Of a stretch of DNA of 32,007 nucleotides, positions 25,837-32,007 are shown in pieces. The notes under the pieces were generated by a model. That model was not told the origin of the DNA, ran no database searches, and saw nothing but the letters and a program-made list of their open reading frames with translations. How positions within the stretch are numbered: position 1 is the first letter of the stretch; every line of letters begins with the position of its first letter. Source of the DNA: Nocardioides sp. (lineage in GTDB: Bacteria; Actinomycetota; Actinomycetes; Propionibacteriales; Nocardioidaceae); contig JBAZRQ010000001.1 of NCBI GenBank assembly GCA_041662925.1, positions 1 to 32,007 on the forward strand. Direction: 5' to 3'. The position numbers were made by a program, and so were the translations under genes.

Positions 25837-27315
25837 ATGAGCTCCAAGGGCACCGCCGTCCCCGCCGTCATCCCCGCCACCGACCTGCCCCGCGACGCGC
25901 CGTCGTACGACGTGGTGGTGGTCGGCTTCGGCATCGCCGGAGGCTGCGCGGCGCTCGAGGCGGCCCGCGCCGGCGCCTCGGTGCTGCTGCTGGAGAAGGC
26001 CGCCGTGCACGGCGGTACGTCGAGCATGTCGGGCGGCCACTTCTACCTCGGCGGTGGCACCGCCGTGCAGCTGGCGACCGGCCAGGAGGACTCCGCCGAG
26101 GAGATGTACAAGTACCTCGTCGCCGTCTCCAAGGACCCCGAGCCGGACAAGATCCGGGTCTACTGCGACGAGTCGGTCGAGCACTTCGGGTGGCTGGAGT
26201 CGCTCGGCTTCGAGTTCGAGCGCAGCTACTACCCCGAGAAGGCGGTGATCCAGCCCGGCACGCAGGGGCTGATGTTCACCGGCAACGAGAAGGTGTGGCC
26301 CTTCCGCGAGCAGGCCCGGCCCGCGCCGCGCGGCCACAAGGTGCCCGTACCCGGCGACACCGAGGGCACCCGGATCGTGATGGACCTGCTGCGCGACCGG
26401 ATCGCGGAGGCCGGCGTCACCGTCCGCTACGAGACGGGCGTGACCAACCTGGTCACGGCCGAGTCCGGCGAGGTCGTCGGGGTCGCCTGGCGCTCCTTCG
26501 ACGAGACCGGCTTCGTGTCGGCACCGTCGGTGGTCGTGGCTGCGGGTGGTTTCGTGATGAACCCCGACATGGTCGCCGAGCACACGCCGGCCCTGGGCTC
26601 CAAGCTCTTCACGCTCGGGTCGACGTACGACGACGGGCTGGGCATCCGCCTCGGCCAGTCCGTCGGCGCCGAGCTCAAGCACATGGACGAGCCGTTCATC
26701 ACCGCGCCGATCTACCCGCCGTCGGTGCTGGTGAAGGGGCTGCTGGTCAACCAGTCGGGCGAGCGGTTCGTCGCGGAGGACAGCTACCACTCGCGCACGT
26801 CGCAGTTCGTGATGGAGCAGCCCGACTCGGCGGCGTACCTCATCGTCGACAGCGAGCACGTGGAGTACCCCAAGATGCCGCTGGTCCCCCTCATCGACGG
26901 CTACGAGACCGTCGAGGAGATGGCCTCCGTACTGGGGCTGCCCGAGGCGACGCTGCAGGAGACGCTCGACCGCTACAACACCCACGCCGAGCGCGGCGAG
27001 GACCCCGACTTCCACAAGGCCGCCGAGTGGCTGGCCCCGCAGTCGGTCGGCCCGTGGGCGGTCTTCGACGTCCGCCTCGGCCACGCGCTCTACGCCGGCT
27101 TCACCCTCGGCGGCATCCGGGTCACCGTCGACGGCGAGGTCCAGCGCCCCGACGGCTCGGTCGTCCCCGGCCTCTACGCCGCCGGCGCGTGCGCGTCCAA
27201 CCTCGCCCAGGACGGCAAGGGCTACTGCTCCGGCACCCAGCTCGGCGAGGGGTCCTACTTCGGTCGACGGGCCGGGCGTCACGCCGCTGCGGCGCGGGCG
27301 AAGCGAGCCGACTAG
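25837..27315 (+). CDS. FAD-dependent 3-ketosteroid dehydrogenase-like (Delta4-5alpha type) flavoprotein
   Basis: DVVVVGFGIAG Rossmann fold, GGTSSMSGG, GERFVAED, FTLGG, PGLYAAG, GYCSGTQLGEG; KstR box upstream. Confidence 0.82.
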   Translation: MSSKGTAVPAVIPATDLPRDAPSYDVVVVGFGIAGGCAALEAARAGASVLLLEKAAVHGGTSSMSGGHFYLGGGTAVQLATGQEDSAEEMYKYLVAVSKDPEPDKIRVYCDESVEHFGWLESLGFEFERSYYPEKAVIQPGTQGLMFTGNEKVWPFREQARPAPRGHKVPVPGDTEGTRIVMDLLRDRIAEAGVTVRYETGVTNLVTAESGEVVGVAWRSFDETGFVSAPSVVVAAGGFVMNPDMVAEHTPALGSKLFTLGSTYDDGLGIRLGQSVGAELKHMDEPFITAPIYPPSVLVKGLLVNQSGERFVAEDSYHSRTSQFVMEQPDSAAYLIVDSEHVEYPKMPLVPLIDGYETVEEMASVLGLPEATLQETLDRYNTHAERGEDPDFHKAAEWLAPQSVGPWAVFDVRLGHALYAGFTLGGIRVTVDGEVQRPDGSVVPGLYAAGACASNLAQDGKGYCSGTQLGEGSYFGRRAGRHAAAARAKRAD

Positions 27316-27325
27316 CCTCGGGCGA

Positions 27326-28513
27326 GTGACCGACCGCCTCCAGGTGGCGCAGCGCGCCAACGTGCCGCCGTTCCACGTGATGGACCTGCTGGAGGCGTCG
27401 GCGCAGCGGCAGCGCACGCACGGCGACGTGCTCAACCTGCTGGCCGGGCAGCCGAGCACGGGCGCGCCGGAGCCGGTGCGCGCCGAGGCCGTGCGGCTCC
27501 TCGGCACCGGCGACCCGCTCGGCTACACGCCGGCGATCGGGATCCTCGAGCTGCGCGAGGCGATCGCGGGACACCACCGCCGGGCGCACGGCATCGAGGT
27601 CGGACCCGAGGACGTGGTCGTCACCACGGGCTCCAGCGGCGGGTTCCTGCTGGCGTTCCTGGCCGCGTTCGAGGTCGGCGACCGCGTGGCGATGGCCCGG
27701 CCGGGCTACCCCTGCTACCGCAACGTCCTCACCGCGCTCGGGTGCGAGGTCGTCGAGATCGCGACCGGCCCCGAGACCCGCTTCCAGCCGACCGTCGAGC
27801 AGCTCACCGAGACCCACGCGCGCACCCCGCTCAAGGGCGTCGTGGTCGCCAGCCCGGCCAACCCGACAGGCACCATGCTGCTGCCGGCCGAGCTCGCGGC
27901 GATCGCCCGCTGGTGCGACGAGCACCAGGTTCAGCTGATCTCCGACGAGATCTACCACGGCATCGAGTACGCCGGCATCGACGGAGGCGCCACGCTGGCC
28001 CGGTCCGCGTGGGAGACCAGCCGCGAGGCGGTGGTGTTCTCGAGCTTCTCGAAGTACTTCTCCATGACCGGCTGGCGGATCGGCTGGATGCTGGTCCCCG
28101 AGCGGCTGCGCCGCGCGGTCGACGTACTCACCGGCAACTTCACGATCTGCCCACCGGTGATCGCCCAGCGCGCCTGCCTCGCGGCCTTCGACGACGCGTC
28201 GTACGCCGAGCTCGACGGCCACGTACGTCGCTACGCCGGCAACCGGCGGCTGCTGCTCGACACCCTGCCCGAGCTGGGCATCACCCGGCTGGCCCCGGCC
28301 GACGGTGCGTTCTACGTCTACGCCGACGTCGGACACCTGACCCAGGACTCGATGGCCTTCGCCCACGACCTGCTCGCGACCACCGGGGTCGCGGTCGCGA
28401 CCGGCGTCGACTTCGACACCGTCGAGGGCCAGCACCACATCCGGCTCAGCTTCGCCGGCCCGCGCTCCGACATCGAGGAGGCACTGGCCCGCCTGGAGAC
28501 CGTCTGGACCTGA
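27326..28513 (+). CDS. aspB: PLP-dependent class I aminotransferase (Mycobacterium AspB-like)
   Basis: VPPFHVMD...QRTHGD...AGQPS, SPANPTG, SDEIYHG, SFSKYFSMTGWRIG. Confidence 0.85.
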   Translation: MTDRLQVAQRANVPPFHVMDLLEASAQRQRTHGDVLNLLAGQPSTGAPEPVRAEAVRLLGTGDPLGYTPAIGILELREAIAGHHRRAHGIEVGPEDVVVTTGSSGGFLLAFLAAFEVGDRVAMARPGYPCYRNVLTALGCEVVEIATGPETRFQPTVEQLTETHARTPLKGVVVASPANPTGTMLLPAELAAIARWCDEHQVQLISDEIYHGIEYAGIDGGATLARSAWETSREAVVFSSFSKYFSMTGWRIGWMLVPERLRRAVDVLTGNFTICPPVIAQRACLAAFDDASYAELDGHVRRYAGNRRLLLDTLPELGITRLAPADGAFYVYADVGHLTQDSMAFAHDLLATTGVAVATGVDFDTVEGQHHIRLSFAGPRSDIEEALARLETVWT

Positions 28514-28538
28514 CCCCGCCGGGATAGTCCCCGGGTCA
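28511..28538. terminator. Weak hairpin at convergent gene ends
   Basis: TGACCC...GGGA-TAG-TCCC...GGGTCA, spanning both stop codons. Confidence 0.35.
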
Positions 28539-29804
28539 GCGCAGCCCGGCCAGCAGCCCCTTGCGGATGACGCCGTTGCGGACCCGCTGCGGGTGGTCGC
28601 CCACCTTGGTGGTGCTCACGATCCGCGCGGTGCGATAGCTGATCCGCGAGACGGTGTCGGAGCCCGACCACGAGATGTAGCAGTAGCGGCCGTCCCAGCT
28701 GGGCGTCACCCAGTAGGGCTTCAGCCCGCCCTTGATCAGCGGACTGCGCTTGTCGGTCCGGGCGTCCACGACGGTGGCGTAGTCGGACATCGTGCCGGCC
28801 ACGCAGAGCTTGGTGCCGGCGGGGTTCATCGCGATGCCGTGGTGGGCGGAGTCGAGCAGGTACTGCTCGCGGGGCGTGTCCTTGATCAGGTTGGGCAGCC
28901 GGCGCACGTGCGTGATCCGGCCGGTCCGGCGGTCCATCTGCACGAAGCCGTGGAAGAACGAGAGCTGGAAGTAGATCTTCTTCTCGTCGGGCGACAGGGT
29001 CAGCGGACGTACGGCGGTGCTCACGTCGTCCAGCCCCCGCTCGTCGAGCGCCTTGCGCAGGTTGTAGCGGCGCAGGATCTTGAACGTCCTGGCGTCGACG
29101 ATCTGCAGCACCCGCTCCTGCTTGGTCGGGTCGAGCGCGGGGTCGTCGAGCGGGCTGTAGACCATGCCGATGCTGGCGTGCAGGATCTTGCGGCCGCCGT
29201 CGATGAAGACGCTCTCGTGGGGCGAGCCACCGGAGGCGAACTTGCCGACCTGCTTGCCGTCGGAGACCCGCAGCACGTGGACGACGTTGCCGGTGGACGC
29301 GCTCACGACGACCCGCTTGCCGTCGGGCGAGACGGCCATGTGGTCGGAGCGCACGCCCGCGACCGCGAAGCGCCACACGATCTTCTTGGTGCGCAGGCTG
29401 ATCGCGACCACGTCGCCGAACGACGGCCGCGAGATGACCACCAGGCGCCCGTCGTTGGAGGAGTACATGTCGTCGACGAACTGGTCGTTGCCCTCGCCGA
29501 TGAGCTCGCGGATCGCGAGGAAGTAGGCCAGCCGGTAGGGGTTGGTGGCGATCTCCTGCATGCGGGCGTCGTAGTCGGGGATCACGTTGATCCGCGCCAG
29601 CCGCTTGAACGTCGTGGGGTCGAGCAGGTCGGCGGTGCCGGACCAGTTGTTGCCGACGAAGACCACCCGGCGTACGTCGTCGCTCACCGTCGTCGGGCCA
29701 CTGTCCGCTGCTGCCGAGGCCGCCGTGACCGGGCCGAGACCGGTCAGGGCCACGACCGCACCGAGGGCCGTCACCGCCACACGACGCAGGGCAAACCGCT
29801 TCAT
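28536..29804 (-). CDS. Secreted YncE/YVTN-like beta-propeller protein
   Basis: GAAGGAG RBS, signal peptide MKRFALRR..., repeats such as DHMAVSPDGKRVVV, PLTLSPDEKKIYF, HGIAMNPAGTKLCV, VGDHPQRV. Confidence 0.85.
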   Translation of the reverse strand: MKRFALRRVAVTALGAVVALTGLGPVTAASAAADSGPTTVSDDVRRVVFVGNNWSGTADLLDPTTFKRLARINVIPDYDARMQEIATNPYRLAYFLAIRELIGEGNDQFVDDMYSSNDGRLVVISRPSFGDVVAISLRTKKIVWRFAVAGVRSDHMAVSPDGKRVVVSASTGNVVHVLRVSDGKQVGKFASGGSPHESVFIDGGRKILHASIGMVYSPLDDPALDPTKQERVLQIVDARTFKILRRYNLRKALDERGLDDVSTAVRPLTLSPDEKKIYFQLSFFHGFVQMDRRTGRITHVRRLPNLIKDTPREQYLLDSAHHGIAMNPAGTKLCVAGTMSDYATVVDARTDKRSPLIKGGLKPYWVTPSWDGRYCYISWSGSDTVSRISYRTARIVSTTKVGDHPQRVRNGVIRKGLLAGLR

Positions 29805-29928
29805 TTCTGCTCCTTCGGGACCACTGGGGCCATGATCTTGCCTGTGGAAAGGGGTTTCGACCCAGTTCAACGAGGGAATGCGAGCAACGACACGAGCACT
29901 GACACGGGGCCGCGGACAGGACGTGACG

Positions 29929-30399
29929 ATGTACGGCGACACCGACGCGCTGCGCAGGCGCGCCGACCAGCTGCGCGAGCAGGGGGTCGACGTGCGCGCG
30001 CTCGCCGACCAGCTCGTGGCCCAGACCGAGAACCTCGGCTGGACCGGCCGGGCGGCGGAGTCGATGCGGCTGCGCATCCGCGAACGCGCCGCCCACCTGC
30101 GTGGCGCCGCCGGCGAGCACGACACCGCCGCCGACTCCCTCGAGCGGCACGCGCAGGAGGTCGCACGCCTCCAGGACGCGATCGCCGACCGGGAGCGCAA
30201 GGCGGCCTCCCTGGTGGCGGAGGCCCGGACCCGCGTCGCGCAGGTGGAGGCGGCCAACGAGGGCGCCGACCCCGCCGTACGCCGGGTGGCCGACCCCGAC
30301 GACCTCGTCCTGGCCGCCTTCGCTCCCCCGCCCCCCGGGCACAAGGACTGGCTCGCCGTCGACCTGCCCGGACTGCGAGAGGACACGAGCGACTCGTGA
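29929..30399 (+). CDS. WXG100-like protein (WTG) with short C-terminal extension
   Basis: MYGDTDALRRRADQLREQG...LGWTGRAAESMR...HDTAADSLERHA helix-WxG-helix, ending PPPGHKDWL. Confidence 0.8.
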   Translation: MYGDTDALRRRADQLREQGVDVRALADQLVAQTENLGWTGRAAESMRLRIRERAAHLRGAAGEHDTAADSLERHAQEVARLQDAIADRERKAASLVAEARTRVAQVEAANEGADPAVRRVADPDDLVLAAFAPPPPGHKDWLAVDLPGLREDTSDS

Positions 30400-31322
30400 G
30401 CATCATCGACCTCAGCACTCCGCCGCCGGCCGCGAGCGGGCTGCTCGACGCGTTGCCGCGGCGTGCGGCGCTCACGCTGGCCGAGCTGCGCCTGGTCGCT
30501 GAGCACGCCGGAGGTGCCCCGCTCCCGTTCGACCTGGTCGCGCCTCCCGAGGCGGCGCCGCTCGAGGGCCGTCTCGGCCAGAGCCGCGGCTCGACCGAGG
30601 ACCAGGCCTACCTCGACGCGGTGGCCTCGCTCCACGACGCCGCCGACTCGTTGACCCGCCGCGGCCTGATGGTCGGCGCGACCGTCGACGAAGGGCTGCG
30701 CGGTGCCGTCGGGCTGCTCGCCACCCCGACCCTGGCGCTCGACCTCGACGTCGTGGCCGGCCCGGTGCAGGCCAAGGCCTGGCACCGCCAGGCCGGCGAC
30801 GCCGTCGCCACGCTCGCCACCGTCGACGGCATCGTCTTCGAGCTGGCGTGGTTCCCCAACGCCCACTGGCCCTCCGAGCTGGCCCGGGTCGCGGTGATCC
30901 CCGAGGACCTCGAGCTGCAGCCCTCGGGCGTCCCCGAGCTGGTCGACCTCCCCTACGAGCTCGTCGACGCGGCGATCGAGGCGGCCGCGAGCTCCCGCTC
31001 CGACCTGCTCCCCGTGCTGGCCTCGCAGCACGCCGACGGCGTGCTCGGGCCCGACGGCCGGCCGCTCGGCGAGAGCGAGGTGGTCGCCGTGCTCACCGCC
31101 CTGAGCGGCGAGGCGCGCGGACGCGTCCGGGCCATGGTGGCCGACGTCTCGAGCGAGACCACGACGGTGGTCGGCGTGGTCTCGTGGGTGCTGCTGGCCG
31201 ACGGCTGGCGGGCCCTGTGCCCGCACCAGTCCGACGGCGACCTGCGCGTCCGCGTACGACGGGTGGAGGCGGCCGACCTGGCTCCCCACCTCGCCCCGGT
31301 GCTCGCGGAGGTGTCGTCGTGA
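30396..31322 (+). CDS. EspG-like T7SS chaperone (putative)
   Basis: GTGA-coupled on both sides; ~308 aa; LTLAEL...LPF...SLTRRGL...LRGAVGLLATP...GDAVA pattern reminiscent of EspG; T7SS context. Confidence 0.6.
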   Translation: MSIIDLSTPPPAASGLLDALPRRAALTLAELRLVAEHAGGAPLPFDLVAPPEAAPLEGRLGQSRGSTEDQAYLDAVASLHDAADSLTRRGLMVGATVDEGLRGAVGLLATPTLALDLDVVAGPVQAKAWHRQAGDAVATLATVDGIVFELAWFPNAHWPSELARVAVIPEDLELQPSGVPELVDLPYELVDAAIEAAASSRSDLLPVLASQHADGVLGPDGRPLGESEVVAVLTALSGEARGRVRAMVADVSSETTTVVGVVSWVLLADGWRALCPHQSDGDLRVRVRRVEAADLAPHLAPVLAEVSS

Positions 31323-32007
31323 GCGACCACACCACGCACGAGTCGGTGCTCCGCGCGGCGGCGCTCGAGGAGCGGGAGGAGCCCGCCACCGAGGCGGAGG
31401 CCCGCGAGCTCGCCGACAAGTACGACCGGATGATGCGGCTCGCCGACCTCTTCGACGCCGCCGGCGAGGAGATGCGCGAGCGGGCCGAGCTCGGCACCGC
31501 CATCGTCAACGACCCGGCGCTGGCCGAGTCGGCGCCCCTGGCGCCGGCCAGCCACGCAAGCGCCGAGGACGACATCCGCTCCGCCTCCACCGGACCGCAC
31601 GGCCTGCTCACCCGCTCGATCGAGCTCGACGCCGACGCGCTGGTGCTGCGGGCGACCGTGCTCACCTACCGCTGGATCGACGACCTGCAGGCCGCCGCCT
31701 ACAAGACCCTCGGCTCGATCGCCGGCCGGGCGATCGGCTACCTCGCGCCACAGGTCGCACTCGGCGGCGCGATCGTGTCGGCGGGGCTGATCGAGACCGA
31801 CGCGCTCGACCGCGACGGCGTCGCCGCCTACCTCAACGAGCTCGCCGAGAACAACCCCGAGCTGATGGAGCACGTCACCAGCGGGGGCGGCGGGCTCCTC
31901 GACGGGCTGCAGATGCGCTCCCTGCTGACGGCCGGCATCCTCTCCGGCGAGCACGGCCGGCTCGCGGCCCGCGGTGGCCTGCGCGCGCTGGGGGTCGCCC
32001 CGCTGGC
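31319..32007 (+). CDS. Putative T7SS substrate, N-terminal part (runs off right edge)
   Basis: GTGA overlap, open to the window end, helical N-terminus with YRWID (YxxxD) at 31667-31681. Confidence 0.7.
   Translation, partial: MSDHTTHESVLRAAALEEREEPATEAEARELADKYDRMMRLADLFDAAGEEMRERAELGTAIVNDPALAESAPLAPASHASAEDDIRSASTGPHGLLTRSIELDADALVLRATVLTYRWIDDLQAAAYKTLGSIAGRAIGYLAPQVALGGAIVSAGLIETDALDRDGVAAYLNELAENNPELMEHVTSGGGGLLDGLQMRSLLTAGILSGEHGRLAARGGLRALGVAPL

Noticed and set aside
28536-31322. 917-aa and 909-aa opposing ORFs
   Set aside because: They resolve into the propeller (start 29804) and the EspG-like gene (start 30396) plus antisense read-through.

Overview
High-GC actinobacterial chromosomal window, resembling Nocardioides by gene content and style (inference). 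Left to right: (i) a truncated membrane PAS-domain sensor. (ii) An unusual arsenic operon arsR-[arsM::arsD in-frame fusion]-arsA, with no ArsB/Acr3 pump or ArsC in the operon. (iii) TetR plus a CYP125-like steroid P450. (iv) A ~13 kb type VII (ESX-4-like, T7SSa) secretion locus. It has a mycosin whose catalytic His, Ser and oxyanion Asn appear substituted, plus eccB, eccD, a PE/PPE-like substrate pair, two WXG100 genes, a second divergent eccD, full-length eccC and a lipoprotein. (v) Housekeeping and sterol-related genes: SnoaL-like, DUF853 ATPase, ParB-like small protein, LytR_C, K+/H+ antiporter, redoxin and ketosteroid dehydrogenase flanking a perfect KstR box, aspB and a beta-propeller. 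(vi) A satellite T7SS module (WXG100-like, EspG-like, YxxxD-bearing putative effector) running off the right edge. No rRNA, tRNA, CRISPR or transposase was seen. All functional calls come from motif recognition; no searches were run.
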